Below, in pieces: positions 19,634 to 29,362 of a DNA stretch of 64,000 nucleotides. Every line of letters starts with the position of its first letter. Position 1 is the stretch's first letter. This DNA comes from an uncultured Alphaproteobacteria bacterium (GTDB lineage Bacteria > Bacteroidota > Ignavibacteria > OLB7). The notes under the pieces are model-generated. The model was not told the DNA's origin. It was given only the letters and a program-made list of their open reading frames with translations, and searched no databases. The stretch spans positions 65,193 to 129,192 of the forward strand of contig CAYWXV010000003.1 in the NCBI GenBank assembly GCA_964462535.1. Reading direction: 5' to 3'. The position numbers and the translations under genes are program-made.

Positions 19634-20885
19634 AGTCCGTGACCTCTCACTTGCCGAAGAGGGACGCCTTCTTATCGAATGGGCCGAGAGCAGAATGCCG
19701 GTGCTGATGCACCTTCGCGAGAAGTACAGCCAGACGCAGCCGTTGAAGGGATATCGCATTGCCGGTTGCCTCCATGTCACAAAGGAGACGGCGGTGCTCA
19801 TCCGGACCTTGCTGGCCGCCGGAGCCGAGATCTCGTGGTCCGGCTGCAATCCTCTCTCGACAAACGATGCCGTTGCGGCGGCACTTGCCGCGGACGGCGT
19901 AAAGATCTACGCATGGCATGGATTGGGGACCGAGGACTTCTACTGGTGCATCGAGGAGACGCTCAAGATCAATCCGAACCTGACGCTCGACGACGGCGCG
20001 GATCTCATTTTCACCGTGCACAATAAGTTCCCCGAGCTGACCGCGTCGATGATCGGTGGCACCGAAGAGACAACCACCGGCGTCCACAGACTCCGCGCAA
20101 TGGCCTCCGACGGCGCATTGAAGTACCCGGTAATCGCTGTAAATGACGCCGAGACAAAGTGGGATTTCGATAACGTGTATGGCACGGGGCAGTCGACGCT
20201 TGACGGTGTGATCCGGGCTACGTCGGTCATGCTGGCAGGCAAGAACGTTGTCGTCGCCGGTTATGGTCACTGCGGAAAGGGAGTTGCGATGAGGGCGAAG
20301 GGAATGGGTGCAAACGTCATTGTGACGGAAGTGAAGCCGACTGCGGCTTTGAAAGCGACGTTGGAGGGGATGCGCGTGATGGAGATGGACGAGGCGGCGG
20401 GGGTTGGCGATCTCTTCATTACGGCCACCGGTGTTAAGGATGTCATCACACAGCGCCATTTCCAGAAGATGAAGGATGGAGCTATTGTATGCAACACCGG
20501 CCACTACGATTGCGAGATCAACATCGGTGACCTCGAGATGCTGAAGACCGACAAGCGTACGATTCGCACGAACAATGAGGAGTATGTCCTCGGCGATGGT
20601 CGGCGGATCTACCTTCTGGCGCAGGGTCGGCTTGTCAACCTGGCCGCCGCCGAGGGACATCCGTCCGAGGTGATGGACATGTCGTTCGCCAATCAGTTCA
20701 TGTCGCAGATCCGTCTTGCCGAAATGCATCGCTCGGGTCAGCCGTGGGAGAACGGTGTGTACGATATTCCCGCCGAACAGGATCAGGAGATCGCCTTCGT
20801 CAAGCTGCGCACCATGGGTATTGGGTTGGACGAGCTGACCCCCGAGCAGGTGGAGTACATGGACGACTATTCTGCCGGAACCTAG
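19608..20885 (+). CDS. ahcY: adenosylhomocysteinase
   Basis: Full-length match to the SAHH pattern: KGYRIAGCLHVTKETAVLI, NAD-binding VVAGYGHCGKG. AAGGAG SD upstream. 425 aa. Confidence 0.95.
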   Translation: MDFKEGQYKVRDLSLAEEGRLLIEWAESRMPVLMHLREKYSQTQPLKGYRIAGCLHVTKETAVLIRTLLAAGAEISWSGCNPLSTNDAVAAALAADGVKIYAWHGLGTEDFYWCIEETLKINPNLTLDDGADLIFTVHNKFPELTASMIGGTEETTTGVHRLRAMASDGALKYPVIAVNDAETKWDFDNVYGTGQSTLDGVIRATSVMLAGKNVVVAGYGHCGKGVAMRAKGMGANVIVTEVKPTAALKATLEGMRVMEMDEAAGVGDLFITATGVKDVITQRHFQKMKDGAIVCNTGHYDCEINIGDLEMLKTDKRTIRTNNEEYVLGDGRRIYLLAQGRLVNLAAAEGHPSEVMDMSFANQFMSQIRLAEMHRSGQPWENGVYDIPAEQDQEIAFVKLRTMGIGLDELTPEQVEYMDDYSAGT

Positions 20886-21003
20886 CGGTAGCCACACCAT
20901 CGGTCACGTTCCACAACAGGCTCGTCGTGATCGGCGGGCCTGTTGTATATCCAGACCGCCGCCGCCGTACGGGACTGTACGCACTTTCACCTATTTTCCG
21001 ACG

Positions 21004-22953
21004 ATGATTCATCGTCCCGCCCCACGCTTCTATTGCTTGCGTCCCATTCTCCTGCTGATGGTCCTGTCGGCGGGGGGTCTTCGTGCGCAACAGGGGGGCC
21101 CGCAGGAATCGCTACCGCTGCTCGGTCCAACCGTGCGATATGAGTTCGGCGTTCCAATCGCGGTTGACCGTCTCCCGGGACTGGTCAATCGATTCAATGT
21201 TCCTGGAACGGGCGAGTCTCGCAACCACACAATTGGCAGCGGTGCAACGCTCCTCTTTCCGCAACTCATTTCCCGTCGACTCGGGCTTCGCCTCCACGCG
21301 CTTCTAGGCGTTTCTTTCGGGCTCTTCGAGTCGGATCCGTACCTCGTTGATCTGTTGGACACCGCGAGCGGCGTCCTCCTCTCCACCGCCAACCGCTTCA
21401 ACGTATCGACGACGTTGGGAAGCGCTCAATTGGGAGCCGGGGTTGATCTCCGGCTGGCTGACGGACCCGCCTTCTTCGGAATCGGCCTCTGGGGGGAGAC
21501 CAGGTTCGCGTTGGAGATTGTGGAGCGTGAGGAGCTTCTCTTTCCGGACACTGCTCGTTTCCCGTCGGGTGAACGGACCCGCGTATTGACTGCTGGAGAG
21601 AGCCTGGGGGCGCAGGCTTTGAGAGGAGGTGGAGAGTTTCGTCTTGGTGCGCGTTTCGGTATCAATCCCGACCTGGCCATCGAGTCTTCGGTCCACACTC
21701 GCGTAGACGTCGCCTCGCTTGTGGATGGACTCGCGGCGCGAGCCTGGTCGGTGGGTGCCCAGTTGTCGTTCCTCATGCCGTTTGGGGTGCGAGGGGGGGA
21801 CGACGACCTCCTTGCGCGCCGCATCCCAGGCCTGCAGCTCGACTTGTACGCCATCGACGGCGACGCGGTCGCACAGATCGGCACCCTTCAGCCGGTGCGG
21901 GTCGTTCATCGCCGTGTTGTCCCTCTTATTCCCATCGTCTACTTCGGAACAGGTTCAACGACGATCCCCGATCGGTATCGATTGATCGACCGGGCCGCGG
22001 CGGACTCGTTCACAATGGCCGATCTCTCTGGTCTGGATCCACTTCAGCTCTCACGACGCTCTATTGACGTCATCGCCTGGAGAATGGGATTGGCGGATGA
22101 CGCGAAGTTGACGTTGGTGTCGTCTTCCGGCCGGGGAGACGAAATCGCACGGCGCCGCGCCGAGGTCCTCCGGAGCTACTTGATAGATGTCTGGGGAATC
22201 GCCTCTTCGCGTATCGCTGTTCGCACTGAGCGGATGCGTAGCGGGCCGGGGGAGGGCGTGGAGTTTCGCTGCTCAAATCAGTCGCTGGTGGCCGATCCTA
22301 TTGTCGTTGAGTGGGTGGAGCAGGCCTACCGTGCTCCAATCGTTGGAATGGACCGGATAATACCGCGCGAAGGGGGCCTTCGGCGATGGGAGATAGAATT
22401 GACACGCATGGGATCCAGAATAGCCTATTTCGAGGGCGAAGGCTTTTCGGATGGGCGCGAACTCTCAGGGCAACTTCTTCTCGATTCAATCCGTGGTGCC
22501 GACGAAGAGGAACCGATCGTTGGACATCTCTTTGTGGAGAACATGGCGGGCGTTCGCGATACTGCTCACGACATCCTCCCGCTGCGCACCCTTGACCTTG
22601 CGGTCGACTCGCTCGGAGGAACGATCGTCGACGGCGTGCTCGGCGTGGTTGCCGACGATCGGGGAAAGCTCACGTCTCCGACGACGGGCGCGGCGGCAGA
22701 ATTGATCGACGGGGTCGTTGACGGGTGCGAGGTACACGTCTGGATGGTGCGTTCGGATGCGGCTTCCGCTAGCGGAAGGGGAGGAGTTGACCTGCTGACA
22801 ACACTTCTCGGTCGGAATATTCAGCCGTCGAGTCTCCGATTTACGTCCCCTCTCCGCGATCGTTGGACGCCGGACAACAGCCCGGAATCCACGATCCTGT
22901 CGTCCGGTGTGTCATTTCGAATTTCCTCATCGAACACACGAGCTGCCCCATGA
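21004..22953 (+). CDS. OmpA-family protein: signal peptide, N-terminal beta-rich region, internal OmpA_C-like domain, ~250-aa C-terminal extension
   Basis: Signal peptide ILLLMVLSAGGLRAQQ. Internal PIVYFGTGSTTI...GRGDEIARRRAEVLRSYL...SSRIAV matches the OmpA_C pattern. Confidence 0.65.
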   Translation: MIHRPAPRFYCLRPILLLMVLSAGGLRAQQGGPQESLPLLGPTVRYEFGVPIAVDRLPGLVNRFNVPGTGESRNHTIGSGATLLFPQLISRRLGLRLHALLGVSFGLFESDPYLVDLLDTASGVLLSTANRFNVSTTLGSAQLGAGVDLRLADGPAFFGIGLWGETRFALEIVEREELLFPDTARFPSGERTRVLTAGESLGAQALRGGGEFRLGARFGINPDLAIESSVHTRVDVASLVDGLAARAWSVGAQLSFLMPFGVRGGDDDLLARRIPGLQLDLYAIDGDAVAQIGTLQPVRVVHRRVVPLIPIVYFGTGSTTIPDRYRLIDRAAADSFTMADLSGLDPLQLSRRSIDVIAWRMGLADDAKLTLVSSSGRGDEIARRRAEVLRSYLIDVWGIASSRIAVRTERMRSGPGEGVEFRCSNQSLVADPIVVEWVEQAYRAPIVGMDRIIPREGGLRRWEIELTRMGSRIAYFEGEGFSDGRELSGQLLLDSIRGADEEEPIVGHLFVENMAGVRDTAHDILPLRTLDLAVDSLGGTIVDGVLGVVADDRGKLTSPTTGAAAELIDGVVDGCEVHVWMVRSDAASASGRGGVDLLTTLLGRNIQPSSLRFTSPLRDRWTPDNSPESTILSSGVSFRISSSNTRAAP

Positions 22954-23729
22954 GGATGCCACGCGCTTCAATAGCTGTTCTGGCGATTCTCTTCGGGTGC
23001 AACGGAGCCAGTGAAGCTCCGGAGAATCGGACGAGGGAGGGAGACCTGGCTCCTTGCCACTATCGGTCCATTCTTCATCGAGGCGCATACTACGACGTAG
23101 TCACCGTCAATCTCGACTACGCACACGTGCGGCTCTACTGGCGGCGCGAGGATGGGAGCAGGATCGGGACCTTTCCCGCTCTCCGTGACCTACTTGCTGC
23201 ACGCGGAGAGACGTTGTTGGTGGCGACCAACGGAGGAATATTCTTGAAGGGATTTATACCCGCAGGTGTTCACATTGAACGGGGGAGAGAACGGGTTGCG
23301 GTCAACAAGGAAGAGGGTTGGGGAAATTTCTTTTTGAAGCCCAACGGCGTGTTCGCCATTACGAGCAAGGGTGCAATGGTGGTTTCGACGGGACAATTCG
23401 TCCAAATCGCGTCGCACGATTCCGTGTACGAGGCAACACAGTCTGGTCCAATGCTGCTTGAACATGGGATCGTCCATCCCATTTTTGAGGACTCGAGCTA
23501 TCACTACAACGTCCGAAGCGGCGTCGCCGCCCCAACGCCGAATCAGGTTATCCTCGTGATCTCGCGGACAGAAGTGACACTCTACGATTTCGCAACGTTG
23601 TTTCGCGATGAATTGAAATGCAATGATGCGCTCTATCTGGACGGTGACATTACGCGTATGTACGCGCCGGCGCTGGGGCGGCGCGATACCGGTTCTTGTG
23701 CGGGGATCATCGGTGTCGTTGCGCGCTGA
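22950..23729 (+). CDS. DUF2233 / phosphodiester glycosidase family lipoprotein
   Basis: ATG overlaps the preceding stop (ATGA at 22950-22953). Lipoprotein signal ILFGC. VATNGGIF matches the (A/T)NGGFF signature of the family. Confidence 0.55.
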   Translation: MRMPRASIAVLAILFGCNGASEAPENRTREGDLAPCHYRSILHRGAYYDVVTVNLDYAHVRLYWRREDGSRIGTFPALRDLLAARGETLLVATNGGIFLKGFIPAGVHIERGRERVAVNKEEGWGNFFLKPNGVFAITSKGAMVVSTGQFVQIASHDSVYEATQSGPMLLEHGIVHPIFEDSSYHYNVRSGVAAPTPNQVILVISRTEVTLYDFATLFRDELKCNDALYLDGDITRMYAPALGRRDTGSCAGIIGVVAR

Positions 23730-23959
23730 GGAATCATCAGGCACGTGTCTCAACGCAAGCGCTTGCCGTGCCGTGTCAGGAAGCGTAGCATAGGTGAGAT
23801 GTCACGGTGTACCAGGATCCAGCAACGGACCAAAAGGCGATCGATGTTGCGACCGTCGCGCCACCGTAGGTGAGCGTAGCCACCACCCGGGAAGCCGAGC
23901 GACATATCACCTGCGACGGATCTTGGACGACGCGAAGAGCTAGTCAATCAGTGTCCACC

Positions 23960-26173
23960 TCAGTGGACGACGACAACAGACGTAGTGCGAACGTGCGATC
24001 CTGCGTGCATTCGCAGCCGATACACCCCGCTTGGAAGATCTTGAATATCAAGCGCCAGATTATGCTCACCCGCATCGAGATTCTCATCTAGTATGAGGTT
24101 GACAAGGCGTCCCGCTTCGTCGAGAATCTCAATTACGATGTGTTCGGGATGGGTCAGGGTACACGTGACGTGACCGAGTGTTGCAGTCGGGGTCGGACGA
24201 ACGGAGCCGAGCGAGAACTCCATATCATCGTGAGATGGGACTCCCGCCGCCGGAACAACGATTGCCGACCATACAGAAGTGTCGCGACGGCATTCTGCGT
24301 TGGACCAGAATTTGGCGGTCGATCTGAACACCCCTTGACTTGTGGGTGTGAATGTCACGAACAACGTGAAGCATTCCTGCGGGGCCAGGCGCACTACGTC
24401 GCGAAGACTATCAATTGTCGACTGCGGAACAGTGAAGTTTGTCACCAGCCATTCAATCACGGAGCCCCCGTTGGGATTGTTGAACGTAACGGTGTCGCCA
24501 CCTGGGATGCCTGCGTTGCAGATATCGAGTGGAAGCGTACGTGGACCGTCAACACCCAAACGGAATACACCGAAATTCAAGTCATCCACGTAAACGCATG
24601 GTTGCGTAGCGACGCCAGTCACCACTAACGACGCCACATCGCAGTCGGTCACTACCTTGAGCGTATCGAAGTAGCGCTCGGCGGGTGGGCGTGAACAAAA
24701 ACCGATGTGGACGATCACACTTTCCCCACTGTCCAGAACAACGGGTGTAGGCCCGGGCTCAATACTCTTGATTGTAAATCCCTGATCTCCCCGCATCAGC
24801 ATTGCGCTGGTTACATTGATTGGGCGGGAGCTATTGTTCGTGAAGGTCACGAGGGTATCAACGCAGGAGTCTTTCCTTACCCTCCCGGCATCGAGAATCC
24901 CGGTCACGTTTGGCGAGAGGACTGGGGGGATGTACCCGAACGGAAGCCGCCACTCCGCCCCCGTGCGATCCATGATGACGAGTTGCGCCGAGGCATTCAT
25001 CAGTGGATCGACGGGCTGGCACCGAACGATAGCGAACGTCGCTCCGACCAGGTCCGCTGGCTTCGTTGGATTGACAAAGACCAGCTTTGCGTTATTGATA
25101 GTCGACGTATCCAGCGAAATGCTGAGTAGTCCGGCAGGGTTGGTCGATACGTCCTTGACAGTATAGGTCGTTGACTCACAAACGCTCGTGTCGGTGATGA
25201 TCAACGTGTCGGCAATTTGAAGCACGGAACCCAGTATTCCCGTGATCCGATGCGAGTCCCACGACGGGGTATGAACGAATGTGTTGCCGTGCTGTTCGCT
25301 CGGCGCGCGTTGTTCGACTGCAAGATTCCGAATCCCGTTTCCTGCGAGATCGCTCGTCTCTCGGTCATATCCCATTGATGTTCGCGCGACGCCACATACC
25401 ACCCCGATAAGTCTGTCCATCCTTCTTCGCGTCCCGGTCAGATCGGGTTGTCTCGCCGAGAATCTTTCACAGGTGTCGACGTACCTCTGCGGCAGATAGC
25501 ATTGTCCCTTCTGACGTCTAGCCGCCAGAGCAGGCAAGTCCCACCACTGAGTCGTCTGTAACTGATGGATTGTGACGTTGGTGTTGTCGTATGAGGCAGC
25601 CATCAGGAGGTCGGATGGGCCCATCTTCCGGACACCAAACGATTCTGTCGGGGAGCCGAGACTAACGTTTCTCGGTGTTTCACCAGGCTGGGCAGGTACG
25701 ATATAGTCCTTCCCCAACGTGGCGGCGGGAATCTCCGCAACGAACTCGCCCCCTGACTCTGTCGCATAGTAGCGATTGCCGATCGCTGGGTAGGTGGCAC
25801 TGATGTCAAACGTAGCGTTGTTGATTCTAGCGATATCTGTCACAATCGGACGAGCGGCTGTGTTGTCCCGCGAGGTCAGCCCCACTATTTCTGAGCCTTC
25901 TGTTCGCGGTCGTACACGATTGATGCAGCCGGCCGGGCTAGTAATGTTGCCTTCATAATCAACCGCGGCGGAGGTCCGCAGTTGAACCCTACTCTTCATC
26001 AGAGTGCGAAACCTGCTTTCACATACGCTAGACGTCGTATCCGGAAAACCCACAACGAGATGTGTTCCGGCAATAATCGCGTCCAGTGCTTGTGCGTTCA
26101 AGCCATAACCCCAACACCCCATCAGTATGGACGCGAAAAGGGTTCTCATTGCGTAAAGCGTCGTCAGTTTCAT
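23960..26173 (-). CDS. secreted protein with C-terminal T9SS type-A sorting domain (T9SS cargo), paralogue A
   Basis: ATG at 26173 gives MKLTTLYAMRTLFASILMGCWGYGLNAQA. The track start at 26404 is an upstream extension. C-terminal ~75 aa (...ILDEAGRLVNLILDENLDAGEHNLALDIQDLPSGVYRLRMHAG...VVVVH) fit the T9SS CTD pattern. The N-terminal region is similar to the two downstream genes. Confidence 0.75.
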   Translation of the reverse strand: MKLTTLYAMRTLFASILMGCWGYGLNAQALDAIIAGTHLVVGFPDTTSSVCESRFRTLMKSRVQLRTSAAVDYEGNITSPAGCINRVRPRTEGSEIVGLTSRDNTAARPIVTDIARINNATFDISATYPAIGNRYYATESGGEFVAEIPAATLGKDYIVPAQPGETPRNVSLGSPTESFGVRKMGPSDLLMAASYDNTNVTIHQLQTTQWWDLPALAARRQKGQCYLPQRYVDTCERFSARQPDLTGTRRRMDRLIGVVCGVARTSMGYDRETSDLAGNGIRNLAVEQRAPSEQHGNTFVHTPSWDSHRITGILGSVLQIADTLIITDTSVCESTTYTVKDVSTNPAGLLSISLDTSTINNAKLVFVNPTKPADLVGATFAIVRCQPVDPLMNASAQLVIMDRTGAEWRLPFGYIPPVLSPNVTGILDAGRVRKDSCVDTLVTFTNNSSRPINVTSAMLMRGDQGFTIKSIEPGPTPVVLDSGESVIVHIGFCSRPPAERYFDTLKVVTDCDVASLVVTGVATQPCVYVDDLNFGVFRLGVDGPRTLPLDICNAGIPGGDTVTFNNPNGGSVIEWLVTNFTVPQSTIDSLRDVVRLAPQECFTLFVTFTPTSQGVFRSTAKFWSNAECRRDTSVWSAIVVPAAGVPSHDDMEFSLGSVRPTPTATLGHVTCTLTHPEHIVIEILDEAGRLVNLILDENLDAGEHNLALDIQDLPSGVYRLRMHAGSHVRTTSVVVVH

Positions 26174-26431
26174 GATTGATCTCCCAACATTCGTGGATGC
26201 ACATCGAATGCAAATACTCGAAGCCAGTGGATAGTTATGTGATATGCCGCAAAATGGTCCGGGAGCGAGGGACGCATCAATCCCATGCCATCGCGTGGAT
26301 GCAGTGACGACGACATCGTAGGTCTTGCGCGATGACCTCGTAACGCCAATGATGTCGCGCGTCAGCGTGCAGGGGCCGAGTATTAGTAGCGCCGAAGCAA
26401 TCAATAATCGGCGAACGCGCGGACCATTACA

Positions 26432-28948
26432 CTATTCGTGCACCACGACCAGGGTGTTGGTTGCCTGGAACAATCCAGATTGCAGCCTCACTAAATAGAG
26501 TCCCTTCGGAACGGTGGAGACGTCAATTCTGACTTCGTGCTCCCCCTCGCCCACGACAGTGTCCACCATCGTCCGAACTACGTTCCCACGAATATCGAAC
26601 ATCCGCATGGTGGTGTGAGCGCGTCGCGGAATTGTGTAGTTGATGCTCACCGTCGATCTCGATGGCGTTGGAGCAACTGGCCCGAGACGCCCGCCATAGG
26701 AGTTAGCGATATCGGCCGCGGATACCCTGGACGATCTACCTGTCACGTATCGGGTCGGGTTACCGCAATGGTCGCCGCCAATAACGAGCGTGTCCCATCC
26801 CTCCCAATCAGCGCTCGGAGGGACAACCCGAACGATTATGTTCGTTGAGTCGTGAGGTGGAATTATGAGGGGCATGTTCGACGGGAATAGCAGCCGAAAG
26901 CCCTTTGACGAATTCGTTAGGTGGGCGGACCACACTCGCAGTGAATCGTCGTTGTCGTTGAACAATGGAATCTCAAAATCCCGGGAGCTACCATACGGAA
27001 CCACCCCAAAGTCTATGTGCATGGCACTTGGCAGCCTGGCATAGTTCGATCCCCGGTACAACGGTATTGCCGTCTTATGACCGGTGCGATCCTCAATTAT
27101 TACCGTTCCAGTTGCGGGGCGATCCGGATCGACGAGGGCGAACAGGAACGACATTCCCACGCGACCCTCTGCATCGACTGTTTCCTCGCGAAGCGTTGTA
27201 ATGGCGGCGTTGGAGCTTCCGTCCGCTAGAACGAGCGATCGAATTCCTGAGGGGCTGGAGTTGACAAACGTGACGTCGATGTCAATTCCTCTGCATTCAA
27301 ACGTCTGACGAATAGCGATCGAGTCTGGAGGTTGCAGTGCGAGGCGACGCGGGGCCAGAGCGAGTCCGTATGACCGACCAAGCATCTCTTCGTACTCGAC
27401 TGTTCCGAGCAGTTCGGTGCCTTCCTTCCGACGCGTCGTGAAGCCCGGTCGATACAGCTCGAATCCTGCCTCCAGGCCGTATTGCGTAGCGTAGAACCTG
27501 GCGCCACCTCGTCCCTCGATCCACATTGTCCGACCGACCGGAACTGGGAACGAACCCCAAACGAGGTCGGTTCCAGGAACTGAGCCCCTATTGAAGTCGA
27601 CGAGCTGTCCAGTCTCATCAAATATCGTTCTCGCCGAAACCGAGTCGGCGACGATATTCACGTAGTGTCCTACGCCCGTCAAAGACGTAGGGGCGTAGAT
27701 CGGGGCAAATGAGGTCCATTGCTCTCGTGGGACCATTTCCACAGAGAACCCACCATACGTCCTGTACGATTCGCCGTGATACAATGTGCCCGTCGTCCTC
27801 CCCAGTTCCTCTATGACGGGGGCGGGATAGACAAATGCCTGTGCAGGCCGATTCGATCGATAGAGGTGCGGGCGCGCGATGCGCCACCGTGACGTATCGG
27901 TCCTTCCTGTTGGAACTACGCGTCGCACTGCGCTCGCTCCGCTGTCGAGCACATCAAGCGAAGTGGGGGTGTAACCCGACGGGACGAACAGAATTCGCTC
28001 CCAAGCTCTCTTCCCTACACTGGAATCACCCGGGTTACCGATTTGAGCAAGCGTATCAGAAACTGGGAGATGGACGAATGATGTGCCATGCATATCCACG
28101 GGTGTGAGCCATTCGAACGCGCTGTTCTTCAGCGTATTCCCTGCGTTTGCGGATACCTCGCGTTCCAGACCGAACGCGCCTCGAGGATTCCCGGCTATAA
28201 CACCAATTGGCCCATCGGATATTATCTCGGTTAGGGTAGGATCGCCGTTGTCCCAGTAGGTGGTATTGCTCGCGGTGTCCAGCACTGCCCTCAGCGTAAT
28301 CGCCTGCCCCGGGAGCATGGTTATGGGCATTTCCGGTTGGTCTACGAGGCTGACACCCGGGCGGGGGAGAACAGTGACATGTGTGGGCGTTGGCGTTCCG
28401 CACACGATAGTTAGCTGCGCATTCGCTGCCAACGCACGGGCATGGAAGATTGTGTCTTCCACGGGGTACTCGATATTCCGGACAACCTCGCCAGGCAAGG
28501 ACGCCACCACGTACTTCCTGCCGAACGCTCCTGCCGCGAGGGGCGTGAACGCCTCTGTGCCGAATCGCGTGGTGTAGAAACAGGTAACCAGAAACGGACG
28601 CGTACCTCGAATCGATGCAACAGTAAACTGAGGGGTGGAAGTGGACGTGACAATTTCAATATCAAGTTCCCGCGCGACACGTGGTTGCAATCGTATGTGG
28701 CGAGTGGTTGAGGGACCTGTGACCGATACCTCTTGTTCGACGTCCGAAAACACCACGATCGTTGCCGTCTCCGTTCTGCGGACGGAAAACCGAGGGTCTG
28801 TGTCGTTTCCGACTGTGTCTGGAAATGCGACGAAATAGAGCGTCCCTGACGAACCTGGATCAATCGTCTGGGCCTCTGTTCCCGAAAGCGAAAAAAGAGT
28901 GAGGACGAGCGCAGCAGTGAAAGGGTGATGAAGTCGGTAACGGATCAT
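26432..28948 (-). CDS. secreted protein with C-terminal T9SS type-A sorting domain, paralogue B
   Basis: ATG at 28948 gives MIRYRLHHPFTAALVLTLFSLSGTEAQ. CTD ...MFDIRGNVVRTMVDTVVGEGEHEVRIDVSTVPKGLYLVRLQSG...LVVVHE. Shares GTLYFVAFPDT and TSRWR.ARPHLY..N.PAQAF blocks with paralogue C. Confidence 0.75.
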   Translation of the reverse strand: MIRYRLHHPFTAALVLTLFSLSGTEAQTIDPGSSGTLYFVAFPDTVGNDTDPRFSVRRTETATIVVFSDVEQEVSVTGPSTTRHIRLQPRVARELDIEIVTSTSTPQFTVASIRGTRPFLVTCFYTTRFGTEAFTPLAAGAFGRKYVVASLPGEVVRNIEYPVEDTIFHARALAANAQLTIVCGTPTPTHVTVLPRPGVSLVDQPEMPITMLPGQAITLRAVLDTASNTTYWDNGDPTLTEIISDGPIGVIAGNPRGAFGLEREVSANAGNTLKNSAFEWLTPVDMHGTSFVHLPVSDTLAQIGNPGDSSVGKRAWERILFVPSGYTPTSLDVLDSGASAVRRVVPTGRTDTSRWRIARPHLYRSNRPAQAFVYPAPVIEELGRTTGTLYHGESYRTYGGFSVEMVPREQWTSFAPIYAPTSLTGVGHYVNIVADSVSARTIFDETGQLVDFNRGSVPGTDLVWGSFPVPVGRTMWIEGRGGARFYATQYGLEAGFELYRPGFTTRRKEGTELLGTVEYEEMLGRSYGLALAPRRLALQPPDSIAIRQTFECRGIDIDVTFVNSSPSGIRSLVLADGSSNAAITTLREETVDAEGRVGMSFLFALVDPDRPATGTVIIEDRTGHKTAIPLYRGSNYARLPSAMHIDFGVVPYGSSRDFEIPLFNDNDDSLRVWSAHLTNSSKGFRLLFPSNMPLIIPPHDSTNIIVRVVPPSADWEGWDTLVIGGDHCGNPTRYVTGRSSRVSAADIANSYGGRLGPVAPTPSRSTVSINYTIPRRAHTTMRMFDIRGNVVRTMVDTVVGEGEHEVRIDVSTVPKGLYLVRLQSGLFQATNTLVVVHE

Positions 28949-29362
28949 GTGTTGAACGGGGGAATGGGTAGCAGTTGCCGTTGCTGCGCCAGGTGTGAGG
29001 AACGCAACCGATTGCGCAAACATCGGGCCAAAGCGAGCTGCATGGTATTTATTCGATTAATTGCACCGAGTGAATGTGTCGTGTGGGGGTTCTGCACGGT
29101 TGGGTAGTGAATGTCACGATTATTTCCCGCCGTTTGACGAAGCGCGGACCTGTGTCATATCCACGACGTCGACTCCCACGTTTGGAGAACCGATGTCATT
29201 CGAAATCTCGCCTCTGAACACAATGACAGTGGCCAGGGCGAGAAGGATCGGTTGACACCGTGTCAACTGTTTGAACGATGGATGTTTGTACCTAGGTCAG
29301 GTGATGTTATACGTGACGCCCGCCGTTTGCCCCCACGCAAGTTCGCCCCGTCCACTCCCATG

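Noticed and set aside
19647-20900. 417-aa ORF antisense to ahcY
   Set aside because: ahcY on the plus strand is an unambiguous full-length adenosylhomocysteinase. The antisense product is Arg/His/Leu-rich low complexity, typical of the reverse frame of GC3-rich genes.
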